41,414 nt of DNA from an uncultured bacterium (lineage in GTDB: Bacteria > Patescibacteriota > Saccharimonadia > CAILAD01 > BJGX01). This document shows positions 9,951 through 17,279 of the stretch, one piece after another. Position 1 is the stretch's first letter. Every line of letters begins with the position of its first letter. The stretch lies in NCBI GenBank assembly GCA_903832035.1, contig CAILAD010000012.1, positions 1-41,414 of the forward strand. Reading direction: 5' to 3'. Under the pieces are notes generated by a model. The model did not search any database and was not told where the DNA came from. It saw only the letters and a list, made by a program, of their open reading frames with translations. The translations under genes and the position numbers were made by a program.

Positions 9951-10586
9951 TTAATCAAGGGTAATTGCCTCTTCAATGTGATTATCTCCTATTCTAGTCC
10001 TGACTATCTGAGTACAATAAGCTCCCGTGCCAAGGCTTTTTCCGATATCTTCAGCTAAGCTTCTTATATATGTACCCGATGATACATCTGTGGCGAATCG
10101 AGCAAATGGGTATTTATAGTCAAGTAAAACAATGTCATCAATAACTACTTTACGAGCTTTAATATCTGCAACCTTACCATCACGAGCCAACTTATAGGCC
10201 CTCACGCCATTCACCTTTATGGCGCTGTACTGAGGCGGCATCTGCTCTATCTCGCCGAAAAAATCACCTAGGGCTAGCTCTATCTGATCGGTGGTAGGTT
10301 TATTGCCACCAACCTTGAGCTTTTCACCCTGCTCATCACCGGTTGTTGAAGTCTCACCGAATTTAACCTCAAACTCATACGACTTATCAAGTTTCAGATA
10401 GGAATCAGACTTCTTCGTAAAGTCTTTACCTACCATTACTATTAGTAGACCTTCGGCTTCTGGGTCAAGGGTTCCAGCATGCCCTACCTTCTTAATGCCA
10501 CTTAAGCGTCGCACCTGAGCAACAATACTAAAACTACTGCGCCCTCTTGGTTTATTTATAAGATAAATACCTTCAGTGAATTCCAT
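9951..10586 (-). CDS. truB: tRNA pseudouridine(55) synthase TruB (short form, no PUA domain)
   Basis: Catalytic block GHAGTLDPEAEGLL and the YSA.KV.G..AY motif (QYSAIKVNGVRAYKLAR). At 211 aa it ends before a PUA domain. Confidence 0.9.
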   Translation of the reverse strand: MEFTEGIYLINKPRGRSSFSIVAQVRRLSGIKKVGHAGTLDPEAEGLLIVMVGKDFTKKSDSYLKLDKSYEFEVKFGETSTTGDEQGEKLKVGGNKPTTDQIELALGDFFGEIEQMPPQYSAIKVNGVRAYKLARDGKVADIKARKVVIDDIVLLDYKYPFARFATDVSSGTYIRSLAEDIGKSLGTGAYCTQIVRTRIGDNHIEEAITLD

Positions 10587-10592
10587 AATTAT

Positions 10593-10598
10593 ATTGTA
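10593..10598 (-). promoter_or_regulatory. -10 box (TACAAT) 6 nt upstream of the truB ATG; candidate leaderless promoter
   Basis: Reverse strand reads taTACAATataattATG. Confidence 0.4.
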
Positions 10599-10678
10599 TA
10601 GCTATTTAATGTATTAAAGATATTAATTGGCTAGTAGTTGTCCGTTAATTATTCGGCCCTTAAAATTTCCAGCTGATA

Positions 10679-11626
10679 CTACTTTTTCGGGTTGGGATTT
10701 TTGAACTTTTTTGGGCTCTGCTTATCCCCTTGTTCTAGTTTTTCTTGCAAAATCTCACCAGTATCGGAGTCTTTAACACCTACAGGAGTTAACTCCAACC
10801 CCTGTTTGGCTAGTTTTTCAGATATAGTTTCTGACTTAGGAGCAGAATCTGGTTTACTTGCCGGTTTATTCTGAGTAAATAATGCATTCACAATTTCTTG
10901 TTGCTTGGCACCTGCACTCATCATTTGTGCAGCAATTGTTAGGCTTTTAGCGCTAGTGTTGGAACCGGTAAAGCCCTGGGTAGAGCTCATAATGCCGGCA
11001 AGTAGTGCGGTAGCAACATGATTATCTACCATGCCTTGGGCAATAGATTCGATTACACTTACTAACATTTCACAGACACTGCTAGCTTGAGGGTCAACAA
11101 AGTTAACGCTACCATACAGCTCATTACTTCTGTGAGTATCTATATTTATTAGGTGGATTCCATCAAAGATGGTTGGATTCTTTTCTAAGATTGCGTCGAT
11201 TTTAGCAATCTGGCTAACACCAAGTACAATTACTAGATCGAACTTATACGCACCATAATCAAAGCTAGCGTCTTGGGCGCTGAAATTACCAGCAAAGGGA
11301 GATATTACTACCTCGATATTGCCTTCATTTACTTCGTATCTGAGCTTATCCACTTCAACTTTTGAGGTGTCTAAACGAATAATAAAATCTCTTATACCAG
11401 AAAGGTCACGGCTAATACGCTTAGTATCTAATAGGCTACCAATTTTTGGCATTTCACCTGTTACGATCGCACTTACCTGCTTACCAGCTCTGGCGAGGAT
11501 TATTTCTAGGGCTGCCATCGCACTTAGCTGGTCATTACTTGGTTGCTTACCAGCAACTAGCAAGATGTGATTTGCTTGTTTAATGAGTTCTACGGCCTGT
11601 TGTTTTGTGGTTAATTCTTGTTGCAT
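10679..11626 (-). CDS. DHH-domain protein (NrnA-like fold) with degenerate catalytic motifs and a K/P-rich tail
   Basis: Layout resembles the DHH domain of NrnA/GdpP. INIDTHRSN sits in place of DHH, and LLVAGKQPSNDQLSA in place of H..PD.D..GS. A TAAAAT box at 11635-11640 lies 8 nt before the ATG. Confidence 0.6.
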   Translation of the reverse strand: MQQELTTKQQAVELIKQANHILLVAGKQPSNDQLSAMAALEIILARAGKQVSAIVTGEMPKIGSLLDTKRISRDLSGIRDFIIRLDTSKVEVDKLRYEVNEGNIEVVISPFAGNFSAQDASFDYGAYKFDLVIVLGVSQIAKIDAILEKNPTIFDGIHLINIDTHRSNELYGSVNFVDPQASSVCEMLVSVIESIAQGMVDNHVATALLAGIMSSTQGFTGSNTSAKSLTIAAQMMSAGAKQQEIVNALFTQNKPASKPDSAPKSETISEKLAKQGLELTPVGVKDSDTGEILQEKLEQGDKQSPKKFKNPNPKK

Positions 11627-11745
11627 AATCGATTATTTTATACTGAAAGCGATATTATAGCAAACATAACAGTAATTGTCAATATTTATAAGATATGGAA
11701 TTAAAAAAGGCCACTAGAATAACTAGTAGCCTTACTACTTACTGC

Positions 11746-12219
11746 CTATATAACCAGCAGCTCATCAAAGCCATCTTCATGGCTGGGTGGCTGGCTCAGC
11801 AATTCGTAATGCATGCGCTCAATAGCCCAAGTGGGCACCTTCCGTTCGCGCCTAGCATTACGCTTTTGGCACTCTTCGATTGGGGTGTCGAGATAGATTC
11901 CCTGGATGTGTCCAGCGGTACCCATGGCATCACTTAAGTGCTGCAGAAGCCTGACTCGGTCAGTTCTTTTGGCATTAGTAGAGTCAAAGACTACCAGGCC
12001 GTAGTTAGCCAATATTTTAGCTGACCTGTAGTATGCCTCCTCCCAGACTTCGGTATTCATACTCTGGTTTGATGCACTTCCAGTCAACTCCTCACGGATG
12101 TCATCTGGACAGACAATCTGTTGCGGGTGCGTGAGTAGAGGTAGTAGGTGCTTTGCAATATAGGTACTCTTACCCGAACCGGGTATTCCAATCAGGACAA
12201 TTGCCTGAATCAGTTTCAT
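11746..12219 (-). CDS. P-loop kinase (AAA_33 / polynucleotide-kinase-like)
   Basis: Walker A is GIPGSGKST at the N-terminus. CPDDIREELTG and VVFDSTN blocks are typical of small Pnk-like kinases. The SD AAGGGGGA precedes the ATG. Confidence 0.6.
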   Translation of the reverse strand: MKLIQAIVLIGIPGSGKSTYIAKHLLPLLTHPQQIVCPDDIREELTGSASNQSMNTEVWEEAYYRSAKILANYGLVVFDSTNAKRTDRVRLLQHLSDAMGTAGHIQGIYLDTPIEECQKRNARRERKVPTWAIERMHYELLSQPPSHEDGFDELLVI

Positions 12220-12314
12220 GTTTCCCCCTTTAAGGGTATCAATTGTAACAGGTACAAACTTCTGCTCATTTATTGAGCAACAGTATCAAATATTAGCATT
12301 ATCAATTAAGAAAA

Positions 12315-13076
12315 TCAAGTACTGACGTTGCCATTCCAGGCTAGCTCAAATAACTGCTTCATAGAGGATGCGAGTTTAGTGCTCTCGATTAAAACGCCTG
12401 AGTTCTCGTTGTCATAGTTTGAAACAACAACTCCATCTTCGTAGATTGTAATATCTGTATTGACTGCTTCATTTATTTTCTTAGTTTTCCTTAAGTACTT
12501 AGACGTCGACACAATATCACCACCTGAATATGAATATAGTAATTTTGTCGTCAAATTTTTACTTTGGCTTGAGCTCAAATCCTTTTCTAGGTAATCAGGG
12601 CTTCGTTTTAGAGTCTCATCGATGTTTGTTATCTGATAAATGGTGGAGCCGGGCTTAGCCTTCCGGATAAAAGCCTTCTGGATCTCTTCACTTTCTAGCT
12701 TGCCTGAATAAAACCTAACGGAAGGCACATCATCGCCCGTTGATGATCTAGTTACTTCTCTAAGCTTGGGCATTAACGCATTGAGCTCTGCTCTTTTCGC
12801 CTGTAAAGATTTTTCCTGGGCTTCAATATGCTTTTCAATTGACTCGGCAGGCTCAGCGACAAATACAGTTTTCTTGCCTCTTATTGATTCAGTAACCAAG
12901 CCTAAATTTTGTAATTCATACAGTATCACGTAGGTTGTAGCTCTATTTATGTCAGCTTCTGCGGCAATTTTTTGAACTGCGCTAGGGCCCAGGAAGAGAG
13001 CCGTAACATAAACCCTAGCCTGTTTGTCGCTTAATCCGACCGATTGTAATTTAGAAGCTAACTGTAGTATTTGCAT
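12315..13076 (-). CDS. TrmB-family transcriptional regulator
   Basis: N-terminal winged HTH: LGLSDKQARVYVTALFLGPSAVQKIAAEADINRATTYVILYELQNLGLV. This is followed by a coiled coil and a C-terminal domain. Confidence 0.7.
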   Translation of the reverse strand: MQILQLASKLQSVGLSDKQARVYVTALFLGPSAVQKIAAEADINRATTYVILYELQNLGLVTESIRGKKTVFVAEPAESIEKHIEAQEKSLQAKRAELNALMPKLREVTRSSTGDDVPSVRFYSGKLESEEIQKAFIRKAKPGSTIYQITNIDETLKRSPDYLEKDLSSSQSKNLTTKLLYSYSGGDIVSTSKYLRKTKKINEAVNTDITIYEDGVVVSNYDNENSGVLIESTKLASSMKQLFELAWNGNVST

Positions 13077-13083
13077 TAATACA

Positions 13084-13089
13084 ATTATA
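13084..13089 (-). promoter_or_regulatory. -10 box (TATAAT) 7 nt upstream of the TrmB-family ATG; candidate leaderless promoter
   Basis: Reverse strand reads ggcTATAATtgtattaATG. Confidence 0.45.
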
Positions 13090-13103
13090 GCCTATGAATC
13101 ATT

Positions 13104-13125
13104 TTTGTTATACTTTTATAACAAA
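13104..13125. promoter_or_regulatory. Perfect inverted repeat TTTGTTATA-cttt-TATAACAAA; candidate operator
   Basis: 9-bp arms at 13104-13112 and 13117-13125. It lies 15 bp upstream of the TrmB-family -10 box, in the divergent region shared with rpsT. Confidence 0.4.
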
Positions 13126-13182
13126 TTTTACGATCATGCTTTTTAGCTCTTTAGGGTATATTCTTTATACAAATTATATCTA

Positions 13183-13211
13183 TTTACAATCTGGTGCTAA
13201 TCTGCTATGAT
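13183..13211 (+). promoter_or_regulatory. rpsT promoter TTTACA-17-TATGAT
   Basis: -35 at 13183-13188, a 17-nt spacer and -10 at 13206-13211. The leader is about 55 nt, unlike most native genes here. Confidence 0.5.
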
Positions 13212-13273
13212 GGGCTTTGTTATATTACTTTAGAGAAACAATAACTCTATAAATAAGGAATACATAAACTAAT

Positions 13274-13624
13274 ATGCCAATAATCAAATCAGCTAAGAAG
13301 CGAATGCGCCAACAGGATGCAAAACGTAAATATAATGTAGCCATTAAGTCTACTGTTAAAAAAGCTACCCGTGTAGTAAAAGATGAAGTTGCTGCAGGCA
13401 AAACTACTGCAACCTCTCTATCTGCTGCAGTATCTCAAATCGATAGAGCTGTAAAAAAGGGTGTTCTACACAAACGTACCGCAGCTCGAAAAAAATCACG
13501 TCTAAGCCAGCAGTACAATGCCGTAGCCAGCAAGCCCTATGGAACCGAAAAACCAGCTAAGCCTACTACGACTAAGAAGCCAGTAGCTAAAAAAGCTGCT
13601 CCAAAAAAAGCCGCAAAGAAGTAA
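13274..13624 (+). CDS. rpsT: 30S ribosomal protein S20 with a Lys/Ala/Pro-rich C-terminal tail
   Basis: The N-terminus MPIIKSAKKRMRQ and the block VKKGVLHKRTAARKKSRL are the S20 signature. About 30 extra residues follow: KPAKPTTTKKPVAKKAAPKKAAKK. Confidence 0.9.
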   Translation: MPIIKSAKKRMRQQDAKRKYNVAIKSTVKKATRVVKDEVAAGKTTATSLSAAVSQIDRAVKKGVLHKRTAARKKSRLSQQYNAVASKPYGTEKPAKPTTTKKPVAKKAAPKKAAKK

Positions 13625-13632
13625 ATTATCTA

Positions 13633-13664
13633 AAAAAGACCCGCACTGTAGCGGGTCTTTTTTT
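13633..13664. terminator. Bidirectional intrinsic terminator between rpsT and holA
   Basis: Sequence is AAAAAGACCCGC-actgta-GCGGGTCTTTTT. The stem is flanked by an A-run and a T-run. Confidence 0.8.
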
Positions 13665-14610
13665 ATATTGTAGATAAATTATATATAAGGTCGAGCATGG
13701 CTGAGTTAGAGTCTTGGATGCCAGTTTTAACTGACAAGTCCGAAGATAAAATAAGACCATAGGCCTTCTTTATTTTTGCTAAATCCATATTTCTAACCAG
13801 ATTGCGTGACTTAGTTATGGCATAAGGGCTTATTGATAGTTCTTTTTGCCAATCTGAGACATCTCCGCCCTGCTTAACGAGAGCCATCACCCGGTATTGG
13901 TAAATGATAGCTCCAAGTATCTTTTGATCGGCCTCTCCGGCTAGGCTGAGATTATTATATAATTCAGTGGCCCTTCTTGGGTCACCTCGGCCAATGCAAT
14001 CTATCATCATAAACGCTGTCTGGCTAAGTCTGGGTACGACCATCTCGTCAATACTACTAATTGTAATTGTTTTAGAGTAGCTACTGAGCTTTAAGATTTC
14101 TTGCTCCAATTGCCATTGATCACTCCCTACTCTATCAATAAGAACATTTATTACATTATTTTCAATCTGGGCAGCATTATCTGTTGCAATCTTTTTAATC
14201 CATGCCACTAGTTGGTGTGGGCTTAATGGAGAGAACTCTTTTGCGCCACTAAGTCTGGAGAGGGTCTTAAAATACACACTGCGCTTATCCACGCTGCGGT
14301 CATCAATTATAATATTGGTAGAATCTGGAACCGAAGCTATAAACTTCTCGATCTTTTCTTTTTCAAGCTTTAACGTACTAAGATTTTTTACTACTATCAG
14401 TCGGCTACTTACAAACATCGGTACCACCGCTAGAGAATTTAATAAATCGCTCATCGTTCTTTCGCTCATGTCAAAAACTTCCATGTCTGCACTACCGCCT
14501 GTCTTGGATATATAAGTCGACTTTATCTTTATTATTTGCTGGGCTTTAGCGTAGCTGTTATCACCATAAAAATAGAAAATCATACCTAATAGTATAGCCA
14601 TACATACCAA
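13663..14610 (-). CDS. holA: DNA polymerase III delta subunit (HolA)
   Basis: The size and the N-terminal IFYFYGDNSYAK block match the clamp-loader delta pattern (..l.GeE.yl). The likely true start is ATG 14583 (MIFYFYGDN), 7 nt after a TATACT box. Confidence 0.65.
   Translation of the reverse strand: MVCMAILLGMIFYFYGDNSYAKAQQIIKIKSTYISKTGGSADMEVFDMSERTMSDLLNSLAVVPMFVSSRLIVVKNLSTLKLEKEKIEKFIASVPDSTNIIIDDRSVDKRSVYFKTLSRLSGAKEFSPLSPHQLVAWIKKIATDNAAQIENNVINVLIDRVGSDQWQLEQEILKLSSYSKTITISSIDEMVVPRLSQTAFMMIDCIGRGDPRRATELYNNLSLAGEADQKILGAIIYQYRVMALVKQGGDVSDWQKELSISPYAITKSRNLVRNMDLAKIKKAYGLILSSDLSVKTGIQDSNSAMLDLIYNLSTI
14591..14596 (-). promoter_or_regulatory. -10 box (TATACT) 7 nt upstream of ATG 14583 in holA; candidate leaderless promoter
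   Basis: Reverse strand reads ggcTATACTattaggtATG. Confidence 0.4.
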
Positions 14611-14684
14611 TGTATCAAGCAGTTTATTACTTTTGTATTATACGAATTACTAAAACTCACAAATATAGATTTAATCTATAAAGT

Positions 14685-14697
14685 AAGGGCCCTGGCT
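14685..14697. repeat. 13-mer AAGGGCCCTGGCT, copy 1 (copy 2 at 15121-15133)
   Basis: The identical 13-mer starts the terminator hairpin of both GC-rich minigenes. Confidence 0.7.
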
Positions 14698-14715
14698 GTA
14701 ATTACAGCCAGGGCC
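14688..14715 (-). terminator. Hairpin terminator of the 14774-15046 minigene
   Basis: Perfect 12-bp stem GGCCCTGGCTGT-aatt-ACAGCCAGGGCC. Two shorter hairpins precede it in the 3' UTR (14730-14742 and 14747-14762). The trailing tract on the minus strand, CTTACTTT, is only moderately U-rich. Confidence 0.5.
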
Positions 14716-14773
14716 AGTTGATGGGACAAGTAGCAATGCTACCTTGAGCTGCTAAAGCAGCTTGTGTTCTTGT

Positions 14774-15046
14774 CTAGCGCCAGGGGTCTTGACGGTCACG
14801 TGCACGGTCCAGATCTCTCTGGAGCTCACGAGCCCGTGCCCTGTCTTTGGTACGAGACCTGTTCAAGAACACAGCAACGGCTGTCAGACCAACGATAGCA
14901 ACCAGCAACACCGCCACCTCAGGCTTCGTTGACACGAAGACCATGATGAGCACTACTGCTGCCAGCGCCATAATAGCCCTGAACATTCCGTCAAAGAACT
15001 TATCCATGGATAAAGCTCTCCTTTCTCTTTTCTCTAGACGTTGCAA
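14774..15046 (-). CDS. Small 2-TM membrane protein with an Arg/Asp-rich tail (orphan, GC-rich)
   Basis: Hydrophobic spans AIMALAAVVLIMVFV and VAVLLVAIVGLTAVAVFL, with the tail RSRTKDRARARELQRDLDRARDRQDPWR. The likely start is ATG 15007, preceded by AAGGAG (15018-15023). Line 14821-14880 has 35/60 G+C. Confidence 0.55.
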   Translation of the reverse strand: MQRLEKRERRALSMDKFFDGMFRAIMALAAVVLIMVFVSTKPEVAVLLVAIVGLTAVAVFLNRSRTKDRARARELQRDLDRARDRQDPWR

Positions 15047-15073
15047 TCAAACTACGGTAGCTTGATCAGTAAC

Positions 15074-15102
15074 ATATTACCATAATTATACACAAAAGTC
15101 AA
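15074..15102 (-). promoter_or_regulatory. Near-consensus promoter TTGACT-17-TAATAT for the 14774-15046 minigene
   Basis: On the minus strand, -35 is at 15102-15097 and -10 at 15079-15074, with a 17-nt spacer. Confidence 0.55.
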
Positions 15103-15120
15103 ATAAATGCTACAAAATAA

Positions 15121-15133
15121 AAGGGCCCTGGCT
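15121..15133. repeat. 13-mer AAGGGCCCTGGCT, copy 2
   Basis: Identical to 14685-14697. Confidence 0.7.
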
Positions 15134-15173
15134 AGGGGTGTGAAGCGAACTTCAGTGACTCCAGGCCAAGGCC
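15121..15173 (-). terminator. Imperfect long hairpin + U-tract terminator of the 15180-15458 minigene
   Basis: On the minus strand, GGCCTGG pairs with CCAGG(G)CC around an inner TGAAG-ttcg-CTTCA stem. CTTTTATTTTG follows. Confidence 0.4.
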
Positions 15174-15179
15174 ATGTCT

Positions 15180-15458
15180 TCAAGCTATCGGCGAAGTGGG
15201 TTTACTACCAAGCTTCAGCTTGCTTGCGATTCGAGCGCGGGTGAACAAGTACACAACAATTGCAAGCAACGTGATCGCCGTGACCTGCAAGACGCCAACT
15301 TCGTGACGCAGGTAGTAGTGCCTGGACCACTTAGCAGCTGCGAATGCCAGCTCGCTGAACTTCCATGCGCCAAGCGCTAGAAAAACAATGACCAGGCTGT
15401 ACTTGATCTTTCTCTTGTCAACTAGAGACTTCATGGGTGCGAAGCCCTTTCTTAACAC
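15180..15458 (-). CDS. Small membrane protein (orphan, GC-rich)
   Basis: Hydrophobic spans YSLVIVFLALGAW and VLQVTAITLLAIVVYLF. Starts are GTG 15458 or ATG 15434. Stop is TGA. Confidence 0.5.
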   Translation of the reverse strand: MLRKGFAPMKSLVDKRKIKYSLVIVFLALGAWKFSELAFAAAKWSRHYYLRHEVGVLQVTAITLLAIVVYLFTRARIASKLKLGSKPTSPIA

Positions 15459-15492
15459 AATGCTAGATGTATTTCACCTAACAGATTTTTAT

Positions 15493-15521
15493 ATATTATC
15501 ACTATTATTACTTTTTGTCAA
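15493..15521 (-). promoter_or_regulatory. Consensus promoter TTGACA-17-TGaTAATAT for the 15180-15458 minigene; overlaps the mutM 3' end
   Basis: On the minus strand, -35 is at 15521-15516 and -10 at 15498-15493, with a 17-nt spacer and an extended TG. Confidence 0.55.
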
Positions 15522-16407
15522 TTGATGTTTTTAGCTTCTGACACCTGTTACAGACGTGCGTACCCCGGCCAGCCACCCTAATTTTACTTATTTTACCACC
15601 ACATTCTGGGCAGTCCTGACCCTCTCGCCTGAAGACTTTAGCAAACTTTAGATAACTACCTCTCTTGCCCTCGGCGTCCACATAATTTCTATCTGAGCTG
15701 CCACCCAAACTAATACTAAGACTCATGATTTCTATTAAGGCTTTAAAAAGTCTCCTAAGCTTAATTTGACTAATATTTTCTACTTTTTCAGCCGGATGTA
15801 TTCTAGCGGCAAATAATCCTTCGTCCGCATAAATATTTCCTACGCCTGCCAGTACAGTCTGATCTAGTATTACAGCTTTTATCGTAGACTTCTTTCGACT
15901 CGAGAGTGCGTTGCGAAATTGTTCGTATGTATAGTCCTTTTCCAGCGGTTCTGGTCCAAGCTTTTTTAAAAAAGCATTATTTTCATAAAGCCCATTACTA
16001 GCTTCTAGTTTTACCCAGCCAAACTTCCTTTGGTCATTAAAATACAGCCTTGCATCATTATTAAATACAAATGTTACACGGGTCGACCGATCTGGAAGCT
16101 TACTTACTAAACTGTCGTTTGGATGCCCTGCACCAAAGCGATCATGGTCTTTTGTAAAAACTAGCTGACCGGTCATCTTAAGGTGAATAAGCAGGCTATA
16201 GCCCGAAGATAAAGGAATGATAATGACCTTACCACGCCTGTCTACCTTCAAAATACTTGAGCCGATAAGCTTTGTGTCTACCAGTCTCTTTGAATTAGGA
16301 AAACCTTTCGGCCAATCAAAACTAACCGACTTTACTTTAAGTCCTGGCAAGAATTTGTTTAAACCCAACCTAACTGTCTCTACCTCTGGTAACTCTGGCA
16401 TAATCAT
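15508..16407 (-). CDS. mutM: Formamidopyrimidine-DNA glycosylase (Fpg/MutM)
   Basis: The catalytic N-terminus PELPEVETV fits the true start ATG 16401 (MPELPEV). H2TH region is present. The C-terminal zinc finger is CPECGGKISKIRVAGRGTHVCNRCQ. Confidence 0.93.
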   Translation of the reverse strand: MIMPELPEVETVRLGLNKFLPGLKVKSVSFDWPKGFPNSKRLVDTKLIGSSILKVDRRGKVIIIPLSSGYSLLIHLKMTGQLVFTKDHDRFGAGHPNDSLVSKLPDRSTRVTFVFNNDARLYFNDQRKFGWVKLEASNGLYENNAFLKKLGPEPLEKDYTYEQFRNALSSRKKSTIKAVILDQTVLAGVGNIYADEGLFAARIHPAEKVENISQIKLRRLFKALIEIMSLSISLGGSSDRNYVDAEGKRGSYLKFAKVFRREGQDCPECGGKISKIRVAGRGTHVCNRCQKLKTSIDKK

Positions 16408-16410
16408 TGC

Positions 16411-16416
16411 ATTATA
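16411..16416 (-). promoter_or_regulatory. -10 box (TATAAT) 9 nt upstream of ATG 16401 in mutM; a second TATAAT lies at 16421-16426
   Basis: Reverse strand reads TATAATcaggTATAATgcaATGattATGcca. A TSS about 7 nt after the proximal box would leave ATG 16401 as the first AUG. Confidence 0.4.
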
Positions 16417-16439
16417 CCTGATTATAGACTTTTTTTAAA

Positions 16440-16468
16440 TTGACTTTACATTATTTTTATGCTAATAT
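16440..16468 (+). promoter_or_regulatory. Near-consensus promoter TTGACT-17-TAATAT (cassette 1)
   Basis: -35 at 16440-16445 and -10 at 16463-16468. Confidence 0.6.
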
Positions 16469-16503
16469 ATTGGATCGAACCTTGAATTTTGTTAGGAGGC
16501 CTT

Positions 16504-16653
16504 GTGTCTATTTTTAATATCGCATTGGTGGTAATTTTTTTTATCATCCTTGCATTTAGTATAGTATACGGTTTCTTCGGGAGTCTGGTGTACTCGGCAT
16601 TTGCAGTTTTTCTTCTTCACATCGTTTGGGATGAAACTAGAAAGGACAAGTAA
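16504..16653 (+). CDS. 49-aa hydrophobic peptide (below the ORF-track cutoff)
   Basis: GTG start 4 nt after AGGAGG (16494-16499). My translation is MSIFNIALVVIFFIILAFSIVYGFFGSLVYSAFAVFLLHIVWDETRKDK. Its TAA stop directly abuts the GTG of the Fic-like ORF (TAAGTG). Confidence 0.45.
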   Translation: MSIFNIALVVIFFIILAFSIVYGFFGSLVYSAFAVFLLHIVWDETRKDK

Positions 16654-17169
16654 GTGATAATTGTAAACATTGTTGACACAAAACTAACTCCACTTGAGCT
16701 AGCCCTAGTTTGTGAGGAGTGTATGTTGCAAGAAGATGCCACTCCTCAAGCACTCAAGGGTCTAGCTAAGGCGCTGGTACTGACAAAAATCTCTGCTAGC
16801 ACTTGGGGAGATGAGCCAGTCGACGGCCATATGCTTGAAGAGCTTATTTATTGTCTCGGCCAAATCGTAAAGCCCGAAAACAAGACTGGCTGGCGAGTTA
16901 TGCCCGTTAGCTTCTCTAGTCTAGAGCTTGCTACAGACCCTCAAAGCATTCCCCGCGCAATGCGTAGTTATTGTGAGGCCTTTGTGGAGATGCGTTTTGA
17001 CAGTCCTGATCTGGCATATTACCACTTTGAGATGATTCACCCCTTCAAAGATGGCAACGGTCGGGTCGGCTGGCTAATGTGGCTACTATATAGCTTCATC
17101 ACCACTGGTGATTGGCCAGAGGCGCTGGCTCCAAACTTCTTTAACCTTAGGAGGGAATTTATCTCTTAG
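16654..17169 (+). CDS. Minimal Fic/Doc-fold (Fido) protein with a degenerate active-site motif
   Basis: HPFKDGNGRVGW, compared with the Fic motif HxFx(D/E)GN(G/K)RxxR. Only 33 residues follow the motif. GTG start. Confidence 0.7.
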   Translation: MIIVNIVDTKLTPLELALVCEECMLQEDATPQALKGLAKALVLTKISASTWGDEPVDGHMLEELIYCLGQIVKPENKTGWRVMPVSFSSLELATDPQSIPRAMRSYCEAFVEMRFDSPDLAYYHFEMIHPFKDGNGRVGWLMWLLYSFITTGDWPEALAPNFFNLRREFIS

Positions 17170-17178
17170 GTTAAAGTC

Positions 17179-17212
17179 TAGGACCCCGTATTATTTACGG
17201 GGTCCTATTTTT
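17179..17212 (+). terminator. Intrinsic terminator of cassette 1
   Basis: 12-bp stem TAGGACCCCGTA-ttatt-TACGGGGTCCTA followed by TTTTT. Confidence 0.8.
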
Positions 17213-17213
17213 A

Positions 17214-17243
17214 TTGACTTAAAAATATAGGTTGTGATATGTT
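17214..17243 (+). promoter_or_regulatory. Promoter TTGACT-18-TGaTATGTT (cassette 2)
   Basis: -35 at 17214-17219 and an extended -10 at 17235-17243. Confidence 0.45.
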
Positions 17244-17279
17244 TATGCAGATCTAGAGCTCGATTTTAGATAGCAAGGA

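Noticed and set aside
14847-15380. Plus-strand mirror ORFs (72 and 68 aa) over the two GC-rich minigenes.
   Set aside because: The minus-strand frames have promoters, an SD, TM-like hydrophobicity and downstream terminators. The plus-strand frames have none. Mirror ORFs are expected in GC-rich DNA.
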